Positions 1-9,411 of a stretch of DNA of 64,000 bases are shown piece after piece. The notes below the pieces were generated by a model. That model searched no databases and was not told the DNA's origin. It saw only the letters and a list, made by a program, of their open reading frames with translations. Numbering within the stretch: position 1 is the stretch's first letter; the number at the start of each line of letters is the position of its first letter. A program made the translations under genes and the position numbers. The DNA lies in contig JBBRDK010000002.1 in NCBI GenBank assembly GCA_038203955.1, forward strand, positions 17,424 to 81,423, in the 5' to 3' direction. The stretch comes from Thermoanaerobaculia bacterium. GTDB taxonomy: Bacteria; Acidobacteriota; Thermoanaerobaculia; UBA5066; Gp7-AA6.

Positions 1-417
1 GTCGGGTGTTCGTGCGCGCCGTCCCCGGCATTCACGACCCCCGCGCGGAGATTCCGCGCCAGAAAATGAGGCACTCCGGGCGTGCCGTGGCGGATGACGA
101 TGAGGTCGGGCGCCATCGCCTGAAGGTTGCGGGCGGTATCGAGAAGCGACTCGCCCTTCTCGACGGAGCTTCCCTTCGCCGCGAAGTTGAGCGAGTCGGC
201 CGAGAGCCATTTCTCCGCGGTCTCGAAGGAGAACCGCGTTCGGGTGGAGGCCTCGAAGAAGAGGTTGACGACCATCCGGCCGCGCAGCGCCGGAACCTTC
301 TTGATCTGCCGCTCCCCGATCGAGCGCATCGCCTCCGCGGTGTCGAGGATCAGCCTGATCTCGTCAGGCGAAAGGGTCTCGATTCCGAGCAGATCTTTGG
401 ACTGGAGCGTGGGCACC
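1..417 (-). CDS. pyrB: aspartate carbamoyltransferase catalytic subunit, N-terminal part (gene continues past the left window edge)
   Basis: Reverse-strand translation from a GTG near 417 gives [31 protein letters not shown]...[15 protein letters not shown]...HPT (ATCase STRTR and HPT motifs). Not in the ORF track because it is truncated. Confidence 0.85.
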
Positions 418-518
418 GGGAGGGCGTCAGGCGTCAGGCGCCAGGCGCGGGGCGAAGAGAGGAAGGGAAGACCTGCAGCCGCCAGCGCCCGGCGCCGAGC
501 GCCCAGCGCCCTCTGCGA

Positions 519-1073
519 TCACGCCGTCTTCTCGAGGATCCAGACTTCGTCCGTCCCGTCGGTCTCCTGAAACATGACCTTGATCACCTCGCGGCCCGCC
601 GTGGGGACGCTCTTCCCCACGTAGTTCGCTTCGATCGGCAGCTCCCGGTGGCCTCGGTCGATCAGGACCGCGAGGCGCATCGCCCGGGGCCTGCCGAGAT
701 CGATGATCCCGTCGAGCGCGGCCCGGATGGTTCGCCCGGTGTACAGCACGTCGTCGCACAGGAGAACGGTTCTCCCGTTCAGGTCGAAGTCGATCTCCGT
801 CTTCTTCAGGAGCGGCTGCGGGGCGACGAGGGAGAGGTCGTCCCGGTACAGGGTGATGTCGAGCGTGCCCACCGGGAACGGCCGCTCGACGAGCTCGCCG
901 AGGCGCGCCGCGAGGCGGGTGGCCAGGGGGACGCCCCGGGTGCGTATCCCGATGAAGGCCAGGTCGGGAAGGTCCTTCTGGCGCTCGGCGATCTCGTGCG
1001 CCATGCGATCGACCATGCGACGGATCCGCTCGCTGTCGAGAATCCGGGCCTTTTTGACGAGCGTTTCAGCCAA
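519..1073 (-). CDS. pyrR: bifunctional pyrimidine operon regulator / uracil phosphoribosyltransferase PyrR
   Basis: 184 aa; VLLCDDVLYTGRTIRAALD PRTase motif; PyrR-like over its full length; directly upstream of pyrB. Confidence 0.9.
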   Translation of the reverse strand: MAETLVKKARILDSERIRRMVDRMAHEIAERQKDLPDLAFIGIRTRGVPLATRLAARLGELVERPFPVGTLDITLYRDDLSLVAPQPLLKKTEIDFDLNGRTVLLCDDVLYTGRTIRAALDGIIDLGRPRAMRLAVLIDRGHRELPIEANYVGKSVPTAGREVIKVMFQETDGTDEVWILEKTA

Positions 1074-1189
1074 CGTCGGGGCAGTCTATGGGCGATGTCC
1101 CCCCCCGTCAAGGCGCGGGCCCCGGCGGAAAACGGCCGAAAACTGCCCTCTGTCCGGACGATTCGAGTTAGAATTGCACAAAAATAGAA

Positions 1190-3202
1190 ATGGTCATCTA
1201 CAACGCGGCTACGCGTGAGCTGACGGCGAAGATCGTGTACTACGGTCCGGGTCTGGGCGGCAAGACCACGAACCTGCACCTGCTCCACGAGCGCCTGGAG
1301 CCCGCGACCGTCGGGAAGCTCCTGAATCTCGCGACGCAGACGGACCGGACGATCTACTTCGACCTTCTTCCGGTCGAGCTCGGCGACATCAAGGGCTACA
1401 AGATCCGTTTTCAGCTCGCGACGGTGCCGGGACAGACCGCCTTCAACGAAACGCGCCGCGTCGTCTTGAAGGGAACCGACGGCATCGTCTTCGTCGCGGA
1501 TTCCCAGTGGACCATGCTTCCGAAGAACCTCGAAAGCTGGCAGAACCTCAAGGAAAACCTGAAGGCCAACGGGGTCTCGTTCGAGGGCATCCCGATCGTC
1601 ATCCAGTACAACAAGCGCGACTTGAGCGACATCCTCTCCGTCGACGCGCTGCAGGAGGCCCTCGGGCTTTCCGCCTATCCCTTCGTCGAAGCGGTCGCGA
1701 GCGCCGGACGGGGCGTCACCGAGACGTTCAAGCTGATTTCCAAGCTGACATTCGTCGATCTCCTTCGCCGGCTGCAGGGCCGGAAGCCCGAGGAGGCCGG
1801 GCCGCTCCCTCCCCGCCGGGAGCCGGACGACCTGCTCTCGTGGAAGGATTCACTCTTGAACCGGGGCGCGGCTCCCCCGCCGGCGCCCGCTCCCTCCCGC
1901 GAGGCTCCGCCGGCGGCCGATTCCGGATCCCTCGCGAAACGGCCTCTCGCGCTCGTGCCGTCGCTTCCCGACGAAGCGCCGTTCGAGACGGAGGACGCGG
2001 CGGACGTCGCGTCGGAGGTTTCCGCGGAGTCCGACGCTCCGTTCTCCGAAACCGGCGCCTCGCATCGCGCGGCCGCCGGCCCGCCGGCGCACTCCGACGG
2101 TCCGCCGCCTCCCTCCTCGGAGGCGTGGTCCACAGGCGCGCTCCCGGAGCTTTCGCTGCCCCCGCTGCCGGCGATCCCCGATCTCGAGCCGGCCGGCCCC
2201 ATTGCGGCGGAGACCACACCGGAGGCGCTCACGCGGGAATCCCTCGGTAGCCCGTCGCCCGAATCGCCGGAACCGCTCGAGTTCCTGGATCCCGCGACCG
2301 CCCTGGACGCTCCCTCGGAGATGGAGCACGGCGCGAGCTCGGAATCCGGCGCGAGCGCCGAGTCCGCTGCCACGCCGACGCTCGCTTCCGTCTCGAGCGA
2401 GGCTCGCGAGCCGGTCGAAGCCTCCCGCGGGGCGGCGTCAGCCGAGGCCGCGGTAAACGAGCAGACGGACGCCCGCTTCCGGGCTCTCGAGGCGAAGGTG
2501 GAAGAGGCCGTGGAGGAAATCGCCCGCGAGCGTGAGGAGCGACACCGCGCGGAAGTAGAACGCCGCCGCTCGGAAAGCGACGCGGCGGCGCTGACGGCGC
2601 GCCTGGAGACCATCGAGCGCGAGGCGCGGGACCTCGGAAAGACTCTTGGAGAAAAACACGACTCGTTCGAGGGACGAATCCAGGCGCTCGCCGGATCGCT
2701 CGAGGGACGGGACGACGTGGAGGCCCGGATTCGTGAGGCGCACGACCGGCTTTCCGCCAGCGAGAAACGGCAGCGCACCTACGAGGACGACGTCTCGATC
2801 TCGCTGCGCAGTTTCGGCGAGCGCGGCGAGAAGGTATCGGCGCAGATCGCCGGGATCGCAGAACGCCACGACCGTCTCCAGGAACAGATCGCCACGATCC
2901 ACCAGCAGATCGAGGTGCTCGAGGCCGCTCTCAGGGAGAAGACGTCGCAGAGCCGCCGCGAGGCGGATGACATTCGGACCGAGCTTCAGACGCTCCGCGG
3001 AGCGATCGAGGAGCGGATCGGGCACGGCCATCGCGAGGCCGAAGACATCCGGAGCCAGATCGCGCCGCTTCTCGAGGCCCACGGGCAGCGCGGCGCGGAC
3101 GACGAGCGCCTCTCGCAGGAGTTCGACCGCCTTCGGGAATCGCTGGCCGACTCGCTGGGAGACCTTTCGGAGCGGCTGCGGAGAGCCGTGCGGGGGGCGT
3201 AA
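1190..3202 (+). CDS. MglA-like Ras-family small GTPase (residues 1 to ~195) fused to a ~250-aa Pro/Ala/Ser/Glu-rich disordered linker and a ~230-aa coiled-coil C-terminal region
   Basis: N-terminus MVIYNAATRELTAKIVYYGPGLGGKTTN...TVPGQ...IQYNKRD matches the MglA G1/G3/G4 motifs almost position for position. The C-terminus is ERE/heptad-rich (EARIREAHDRL, LQEQIATIHQQIEVLEAAL). The ORF is unbroken for 670 codons. Confidence 0.7.
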   Translation: MVIYNAATRELTAKIVYYGPGLGGKTTNLHLLHERLEPATVGKLLNLATQTDRTIYFDLLPVELGDIKGYKIRFQLATVPGQTAFNETRRVVLKGTDGIVFVADSQWTMLPKNLESWQNLKENLKANGVSFEGIPIVIQYNKRDLSDILSVDALQEALGLSAYPFVEAVASAGRGVTETFKLISKLTFVDLLRRLQGRKPEEAGPLPPRREPDDLLSWKDSLLNRGAAPPPAPAPSREAPPAADSGSLAKRPLALVPSLPDEAPFETEDAADVASEVSAESDAPFSETGASHRAAAGPPAHSDGPPPPSSEAWSTGALPELSLPPLPAIPDLEPAGPIAAETTPEALTRESLGSPSPESPEPLEFLDPATALDAPSEMEHGASSESGASAESAATPTLASVSSEAREPVEASRGAASAEAAVNEQTDARFRALEAKVEEAVEEIAREREERHRAEVERRRSESDAAALTARLETIEREARDLGKTLGEKHDSFEGRIQALAGSLEGRDDVEARIREAHDRLSASEKRQRTYEDDVSISLRSFGERGEKVSAQIAGIAERHDRLQEQIATIHQQIEVLEAALREKTSQSRREADDIRTELQTLRGAIEERIGHGHREAEDIRSQIAPLLEAHGQRGADDERLSQEFDRLRESLADSLGDLSERLRRAVRGA

Positions 3203-3272
3203 GAAAGTTGAGAGTTTAGAGTCAGGAGTTCAGACCAAGAAGCCGGCGGTGTGCACTCTCAACTCTCAACTC
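3203..3272. terminator. putative bidirectional terminator hairpin built from AGTTGAG-type heptamers between the convergent mglA-like gene and era
   Basis: AGTTGAGAGTT ... AACTCTCAACT are perfectly complementary arms; the unit carries TGA on both strands; it lies between two convergent stop codons. Confidence 0.4.
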
Positions 3273-4207
3273 CCTCCCACCAGCCTCGATAGAAACCTCT
3301 CGTCTTCCCGCCAGTCCGCGCGGACGCGGACGGTGAGCTCTAAGAAGTAGCGCCGGCCGCTCTGCGCTTCGAGCTCCTGGCGGGCGGCGGTGCCGATGTC
3401 CCGGATCATCGTGCCGCCCCGCCCGACGATGATCCCCTTCTGCCCTTCCTTCTCGACCACGATGGACGCGGAGACGACCGTCAGGTTCTTCGCCTCGTCT
3501 TCGCGGACGGACTCGACCAGGACGGCGGAGGCGAAGGGCAGCTCTTCGCGCGTGCGCTCCAGAAGCTTCTCCCGCACGACTTCGCCGATCCATTCCGACT
3601 CCGGCGTCGCGGTCAGAAAGTCGTCGTCGTACGCCGCCTCGCCCGCGGGAAGGGCGGCGACGAGAAGGGAGGCCAGACGCTCGACGCCGTCTCCGGTCTT
3701 CGCGGAGATCGGAATCACGTCGCGAAAGGCATAACGGGCGGAAAAATCCGCGAGCAGCGGGAGCAAGGCGGGCTTGGGGAGAAGATCGACCTTGTTCAGG
3801 GCGAGAATGGCGGGCTTTCCGGCCCGCTCGAGAAGGCGGATCAGAAACTCCTCTCCCTTGCCGCGCCGATCGGCTGCGTCGATCACGAGCAGAACCAGGT
3901 CGGCCGTCGACAGCGCGTCCGTCGCGTCGCGAACCATGGCGGAATTCATGCGGTGCTCCGGCCGGTGGATCCCGGGCGTGTCCACGAGAGCGATCTCGGC
4001 CCCCGGCCGCCGCGCAATGCCCAGAATCCGCCGCCGGGTCGTCTGAGGCTTGTCGGAGACGATGGCCACTTTTTCGCCGACCAGCCGGTTGACGAGAGTG
4101 GATTTTCCGGCGTTCGGGCGCCCGACGACGGCGACCGCGCCCGCCCGGAAGGGGACGGCGTCTTCGGAGGGGACGGAGTCTCCGACGGGGACGGCGTCTT
4201 CGTTCAC
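3266..4207 (-). CDS. era: GTPase Era
   Basis: AVVGRPNAGKSTLVN G1 motif, DTPG, NKVD, C-terminal KH domain (VVREKLLERTREELPFA...). GTG start overlaps the corC stop as GTGA. Confidence 0.85.
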   Translation of the reverse strand: MNEDAVPVGDSVPSEDAVPFRAGAVAVVGRPNAGKSTLVNRLVGEKVAIVSDKPQTTRRRILGIARRPGAEIALVDTPGIHRPEHRMNSAMVRDATDALSTADLVLLVIDAADRRGKGEEFLIRLLERAGKPAILALNKVDLLPKPALLPLLADFSARYAFRDVIPISAKTGDGVERLASLLVAALPAGEAAYDDDFLTATPESEWIGEVVREKLLERTREELPFASAVLVESVREDEAKNLTVVSASIVVEKEGQKGIIVGRGGTMIRDIGTAARQELEAQSGRRYFLELTVRVRADWREDERFLSRLVGGS

Positions 4208-5463
4208 GACGCCGCGCCCGAACGCGGCCCGGCGACCTCCGGCTCGGCGAGGGGAACCGCCGGCTCGATGCGCACCCGGTGGACCCGCCGGCGGTCCGCC
4301 TCTTCGACGGTGAACATCAGCTCCGACTCCCGGTGGGTCTCCCCCGGCCGGGGAATGTGGCCGAGCCGCGCCGCCAGAAAACCGCCGAGGGACGAGAACT
4401 CTTCCTCCTCCGGGCCCCTGCCGAAGAGCTCCCGGACCGTCTGGACGTTCTCCTTGCCGGAAACGGAGTAGGCGTTCTCGCCGGCGGGAGTGACCGCCTC
4501 GCGCTCGTCCTCGTGTTCGTCCCAGATCTCTCCGACGATCTCCTCGAGAAGGTCTTCGACGGTGACGAGCCCCGAGACGCCGCCGTACTCGTCGACGACG
4601 ATCGCCATCCAGAGATGCCGCCGCTGAAACTCCCGGAGCAACTCGGACACCTTCTTCGACTCCGGGACGAAATACGCCTCGCGAAGGATGTCGGCGATTC
4701 CGCTCATCCGGCCATGCCGCATCGTAAAGAAGAGGTCCTTCACGTGCACGGTCCCGACGACCTTGTCCGTCGAGCCGCGGACGACGGGGATCCGCGAGTA
4801 CTTCGCCGAGGTGAAGAGCTCCGCGAGCGCCTCGGGCGATTCCGATTCCTCGATCGAAACCATGTCGGTCCGCGGGGTCATCACTTCGCGAACGCGCGTC
4901 TCGCCGAAATCGACGATCGAGAGAAGGAGCTTCTCCTCTTCCTTCTCGAGGATCCCTTCCTCCCGCCCGACGTCGATGTACGCCTGGACTTCTTCCTCGG
5001 TGGCGGGCGGCACTTCGGGCCGTTCGCGGCTGCCGAAGATCTTGCGCACGGGGATCGCGACCGGGAGCAGGAGCCACGAGGCCGCCGTGATCGTGGGCAG
5101 CAACCGGGCCACGATCTTCTCGGGGTCCGACTTCGCGCCCCAGCTCAGGAGCAGGATCTCCGTCACGAGCCAGCCGAAGAGGAAAACCGCGCCGCCCCAC
5201 GCCCAGGGCGGCCGCAGGCCGAAACCCGCAAACGCGTGAACGACCGTGAGGAGTCCCGTCAGCAGGAGCACCTGAACGAGCACCTTCGTCGTGGTGCGGG
5301 TGATCTCGATCTCGCCGGGGCCCGAGAGGATCCTCGCGCGGTCCGGATGCTCCTCGAACAGGCCCCGCAGCCGGATCGGCGAAAGGCGGTCGAGCGCGAG
5401 CGCGAACGTTTCGAACAGCAGGAATGCCAGGTAGCAGAACCCGGCGGTCATCAAAGCCATCAT
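4204..5463 (-). CDS. corC: CorC/HlyC family transporter-associated protein (DUF21 + CBS pair + CorC_HlyC)
   Basis: Four N-terminal TM segments, CBS pair ([12 protein letters not shown]...), C-terminal transporter-associated domain. ATG is the internal MMALMTAG; ATGA overlap with the ybeY stop. Confidence 0.8.
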   Translation of the reverse strand: MMALMTAGFCYLAFLLFETFALALDRLSPIRLRGLFEEHPDRARILSGPGEIEITRTTTKVLVQVLLLTGLLTVVHAFAGFGLRPPWAWGGAVFLFGWLVTEILLLSWGAKSDPEKIVARLLPTITAASWLLLPVAIPVRKIFGSRERPEVPPATEEEVQAYIDVGREEGILEKEEEKLLLSIVDFGETRVREVMTPRTDMVSIEESESPEALAELFTSAKYSRIPVVRGSTDKVVGTVHVKDLFFTMRHGRMSGIADILREAYFVPESKKVSELLREFQRRHLWMAIVVDEYGGVSGLVTVEDLLEEIVGEIWDEHEDEREAVTPAGENAYSVSGKENVQTVRELFGRGPEEEEFSSLGGFLAARLGHIPRPGETHRESELMFTVEEADRRRVHRVRIEPAVPLAEPEVAGPRSGAAS

Positions 5464-5885
5464 GAGTCGGCGATCCCGAGCCGGAGCCGGACGCGGCTCT
5501 CGAGAGCTTCCATTTCGCCGCGGTCCGTCTCGTGGTCGTACCCCAGGAGGTGCAGGAACCCGTGCACCAGGAGCCGGTCGATCTCGCGGGACGCGGGCTC
5601 GCCCCGCCGCCGGGCCTGGCGCGCCGCGTAGGGCACCGACACAACGATGTCTCCGAGCAACCAACCGCCGGCGGCGGGGAAAGCGAGCACGTCCGTCGAA
5701 CGGTCCTTCCCCCGGTAGTCCCGGTTCAGGCGGCGCATCCGCGCGTCGCCGCAGAACAGGACCGACACCTCCTCCGCCCGCGCCCTCGTGAACCGCGCCG
5801 TCCGCGAGAGAAGCGACCGGACCCGCGCGGGTCGAGGAGCCCCCGAGGCGCTCGCCTGCACGTCGCACCTCACCGCGACTCGGAC
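5460..5885 (-). CDS. ybeY: rRNA maturation endoribonuclease YbeY
   Basis: HGFLHLLGYDHETD zinc motif; ~140 aa; start (GTG/TTG near 5885) is uncertain. Confidence 0.8.
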   Translation of the reverse strand, partial: VRVAVRCDVQASASGAPRPARVRSLLSRTARFTRARAEEVSVLFCGDARMRRLNRDYRGKDRSTDVLAFPAAGGWLLGDIVVSVPYAARQARRRGEPASREIDRLLVHGFLHLLGYDHETDRGEMEALESRVRLRLGIADS

Positions 5886-8224
5886 GCCCGCGTTCCGCTC
5901 GGCCGGGGGGCCGCCGAATCGTGCGTCGGGGCCTCTCCGGTCTTCCGGCGGGAAAACCCGCGGTTGAACTCGAAGCCCGGATAGTCGATCCGATGGTGGT
6001 AGATGTTCGAGACCGTCCGCTCCAGCGTGTCGACGATGATGGCGAGATCGCGCATCGTGAGGTCGCAGTCGTCGAACTGCCCGTCGCGAAGGCAATCGTC
6101 GACGATCGTCTGGATCATCGCGCGGATTCTCGCCGGCGACGGCTCGATCAGGGTTCGGGAGGCGGCCTCGACGGCGTCGGCGATCATCAGGATCCCGTTC
6201 ACACGCGTCGTGGGCCGCGGGCCCGAGTGCCGGTACTCCGTCTCGCGGATCGGCGAGTCTTCCGGGCCCGACTTGGTCAGCGCCTTCTGGTAGAAGTAAC
6301 GGATCAGCTTGGTCCCGTGGTGCTCGCTGATGGCCGAGACGAGCTGTTCCGGCAGGCGCGCCTTCGTCGCGAGATCGACCCCTTCCTTCACGTGCGCCGC
6401 GATGACGAGCGCGCTCATCGAAGGCTCCAGCCGGTCGTGGCGGTTCGCCCCCTTTGGCTGGTTCTCGATGAAGTAATCCGGCATCTTCGTCTTGCCGATG
6501 TCGTGGTAGTAGCCCGCGACGCGGGCGAGCAGCGCATCGGCGCCGACAGCCTCCGCGGCGGCCTCCGCGAGGTGTCCCAGCACGAGGGAGTGCTGGTACG
6601 TGCCCGGAGCCTCGAGCGCGAGCGTGCGCAGAAGTGGCAGGTTCTGGTTCGAGAGCTCGAGCAGGCGGATGTCCGTCGTGACGTGAAAGAGGTGTTCGAA
6701 GACGGGCAGGAAAACCCCGACGATCATCGCGACGAACCATCCGCCGGCGAGCCCGCCGAGCACGTCCGCCGCGAAGTCCCAGCCCCTCGCCTCGCCGTTC
6801 AAAAAGGCGATCGCGGAGATGGAGACCAGGTTCGCCGCGGCGACGATCGCCCCCATCCCGAGCAGGACGCTGCGCGAGCGCAGCTTCCCGATTACGAAGA
6901 TGCCGGCGAGCGATCCCACGAGCGCGAAGAGGACGAACGGGAAGCTCTGGCCCATGAGGATGCCGGCCCCGATGGCGTGCACCGCGGCGAACAGGAGCGC
7001 CGGGCCCATCCCGGCGACGAGGCTGACCATGATCGAGCCCGCGGCGAACGGGATCGCGTAGTACGTGTGCGCCGCCCAGGCGGAGCCCTCGAAGCTCGAG
7101 GAGAGCCCCTGCGCGAGGACGAAGGCGCCGCGCGTCAGGAGGGAGAACAGGATTCCGGCCGCGAGGATCGAGGCGTAAACCATCTCCGGCCGGCGCTCCC
7201 GCCTCCGGCGGCGCTGCCGCCGCGCATCCACCCAGAAGGCAGCTGCCGCGAGGAGCTGAAGGATGACGATCCCCATGACCTTGACCCAGGACGAAGGGTC
7301 GGCCGCGGACGCGCGGACCGCGGCGATCCACTCCGCGGCCTTGGGAGAGATCTCGTCTCCCTTGCGAACGATCACCTTCCCGCGCGGGATCCGCGTCAGC
7401 ACCGTCTCGACGGACCGGGCCGCCTCCTGGCGGCGTCGCAGCGTCTCCGTCGCGTCGTACGTCAGATTCGGGCGAAGTCCGGCGGCCAGAAACGCGGAGA
7501 CCTCGGTGAGCGCGCGCCCCGCCAGCGGGCCGGCGGCCAGCCGCTTCGCCACCGCGTTCTTCGTCTGCGACCCGTACTCGACGACGTCCGAAAGGTCCTT
7601 CCGCCGAAGCTCGCGTCCGCTGCGCGTGTCGCGGAGGACGATCCCCCTGTCATGGCTGTCGGACAGAAGTTCGCGGTTGTCGACGACGCCCGCCCGGTAG
7701 AGGTCCGCGCCCGCCTGCAGAAGCCGCTCCTCGATCGCCGGCGAAAACTGCAGGCCCGCCAGCGCGAGAAGGGCCTCGTCGCCCACCGGGAGATCGAACG
7801 CGTCTCTCAGAGCCGGAGGAAGCCCGTTGCGCCGCCGCCCGCCGGTCTCGGCCGCGCGCGCCTTCGAGAAGGATCCGCGGATCTCCGCCGTCAGCCGGTC
7901 GGGGGCCGCCGTGTCCCAGTCGTAGACCGGGAGAACCTCGGCCGCGGCTTCGACGCGCCGGTGCGCCGTGGCCGCCGCGTCGGGAACGATCAGGTCGCGG
8001 GGGGCGATGACGTCGCGCGTCGCGATCTCCCCCGCCCGAGCCGGTGCCCGGCGGAACGAGAACGCCGGCGCGAAGGCGAACGTGGTCGCGAACACGTAGG
8101 CGACGGCCCAGGCCCAGAATCGCCAGGGACGCCGCTGCTTCGCGGGCTGCCCGGGCTCTCGCGGCGCGCCGCCGGAACCGCGCAATGTGATCGTCGAGCG
8201 CCGAGATGGCGCGCCGGGTCCCAT
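5870..8224 (-). CDS. 7TM receptor with intracellular HD hydrolase domain (PgpH/YqfF family)
   Basis: N-terminal extracytoplasmic region, 7 TM helices, C-terminal HD domain (YHDIGK, EHHGT). Sits in the conserved phoH / 7TM-HD / ybeY neighbourhood. Confidence 0.8.
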   Translation of the reverse strand: MGPGAPSRRSTITLRGSGGAPREPGQPAKQRRPWRFWAWAVAYVFATTFAFAPAFSFRRAPARAGEIATRDVIAPRDLIVPDAAATAHRRVEAAAEVLPVYDWDTAAPDRLTAEIRGSFSKARAAETGGRRRNGLPPALRDAFDLPVGDEALLALAGLQFSPAIEERLLQAGADLYRAGVVDNRELLSDSHDRGIVLRDTRSGRELRRKDLSDVVEYGSQTKNAVAKRLAAGPLAGRALTEVSAFLAAGLRPNLTYDATETLRRRQEAARSVETVLTRIPRGKVIVRKGDEISPKAAEWIAAVRASAADPSSWVKVMGIVILQLLAAAAFWVDARRQRRRRRERRPEMVYASILAAGILFSLLTRGAFVLAQGLSSSFEGSAWAAHTYYAIPFAAGSIMVSLVAGMGPALLFAAVHAIGAGILMGQSFPFVLFALVGSLAGIFVIGKLRSRSVLLGMGAIVAAANLVSISAIAFLNGEARGWDFAADVLGGLAGGWFVAMIVGVFLPVFEHLFHVTTDIRLLELSNQNLPLLRTLALEAPGTYQHSLVLGHLAEAAAEAVGADALLARVAGYYHDIGKTKMPDYFIENQPKGANRHDRLEPSMSALVIAAHVKEGVDLATKARLPEQLVSAISEHHGTKLIRYFYQKALTKSGPEDSPIRETEYRHSGPRPTTRVNGILMIADAVEAASRTLIEPSPARIRAMIQTIVDDCLRDGQFDDCDLTMRDLAIIVDTLERTVSNIYHHRIDYPGFEFNRGFSRRKTGEAPTHDSAAPRPSGTRASESR

Positions 8225-8232
8225 CAGATGTT

Positions 8233-9285
8233 TCAGCGCCCGAGAGCGGGGCGGCTGGCTTCGCGCTGCTCGCGCTCGCGGTCGAGGGCCTCGTAGGCCG
8301 TGATGATCGACTGGACGAGGGGATGCCGCACCACGTCCTTCTGATCGAAGAGCACAAACTTGATGCCGTCGAGATTGGAGAGAAGCTGCTGGGCCTCCCG
8401 CAGGCCGGAGGTCTTGCCTGAGGGCAAGTCGATCTGCGTGACGTCGCCCGTCACCACGGCCTTCGAGCCGAACCCGATGCGCGTCAGGAACATCTTCATC
8501 TGCTCGGATGTGGTGTTCTGCGCTTCATCCAGGATGATGAAGGCATCGTTCAAGGTGCGCCCTCGCATGAAGGCGATCGGCGCCACTTCGATGACCCCGC
8601 GCTCGAGAAGCTTCGCGGTCTTCTCGTAACCGAGGATGTCGTACAGGGCGTCGTAGAGCGGCCTCAAATACGGGTTGATTTTTTCGACGAGATCGCCGGG
8701 AAGAAAGCCGAGTCTCTCCCCCGCCTCGACGGCCGGGCGGGCGAGGACGATCCGCTTGACCTTTTTCTCGAGGAGCGCCGCCGCCGCCATCGCCACGGCG
8801 AGATAGGTCTTCCCCGTTCCGGCGGGACCGACCGCGAAGACGAGGTCGTGGCGCTCGATCGTCTGGACGTACACGCGCTGTTTCACGTTGCGAGCCGTCA
8901 CGACCGACTTCAGCGTCGGCCCGAACGGGCTGTCGATGAAGAACTCGACCAAGGAGGCGTTCGGGTCCTCCTTGACGACGCGGATCGCGGTCAGAACGTC
9001 GCTGCCGCGCAGTGGATATCCCAGCGTCAGGAGCTCCGAAAAGCCCCCGAGAAGCCGCCGGGCCGCGTCCTGCGGCGCCCCTTCGCCGACCACGGAGATC
9101 TCGTTTCCGCGCGCGGCCAGCCGGACGCCGAACGCGTCCTCGATGGCGCGAAGGTTTTCGTCCGCGATTCCGAAGAACTCCGTCAGCCCCGATTCGGGAA
9201 AGGTCAGAGCCGTCGTTGGTTCAGGAATTTTGCTCGCTCCTTGCGACCGGGCGCCGGATGGGCGGGCGCCTCTCGGATCGCGCAC
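8233..9285 (-). CDS. phoH: PhoH-like ATPase
   Basis: Walker A GPAGTGKTYLA, Walker B ILDEAQN; PhoH family throughout; the true start may be internal. Confidence 0.85.
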   Translation of the reverse strand: MRDPRGARPSGARSQGASKIPEPTTALTFPESGLTEFFGIADENLRAIEDAFGVRLAARGNEISVVGEGAPQDAARRLLGGFSELLTLGYPLRGSDVLTAIRVVKEDPNASLVEFFIDSPFGPTLKSVVTARNVKQRVYVQTIERHDLVFAVGPAGTGKTYLAVAMAAAALLEKKVKRIVLARPAVEAGERLGFLPGDLVEKINPYLRPLYDALYDILGYEKTAKLLERGVIEVAPIAFMRGRTLNDAFIILDEAQNTTSEQMKMFLTRIGFGSKAVVTGDVTQIDLPSGKTSGLREAQQLLSNLDGIKFVLFDQKDVVRHPLVQSIITAYEALDREREQREASRPALGR

Positions 9286-9411
9286 TCAAAGCTACCACGC
9301 GGGAAAGGCGAGCAAAAAGCGGGCCCCGGAAAATGCCGGAGCTCCCTCTAGAATCAACCCTCATCGAATCAGCCGTTTCCAGCGGGATTGCGTTCCCGCG
9401 GCCCGCGCGCC

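Noticed and set aside
6-1187. 393-aa plus-strand ORF overlapping pyrB and pyrR
   Set aside because: Antisense to two well-supported genes. Arg/Gly/Pro-rich composition is typical of spurious ORFs in 70% GC DNA.
5921-8296. 791-aa plus-strand ORF
   Set aside because: Antisense shadow of the 7TM-HD and ybeY genes; RGD-rich low complexity.
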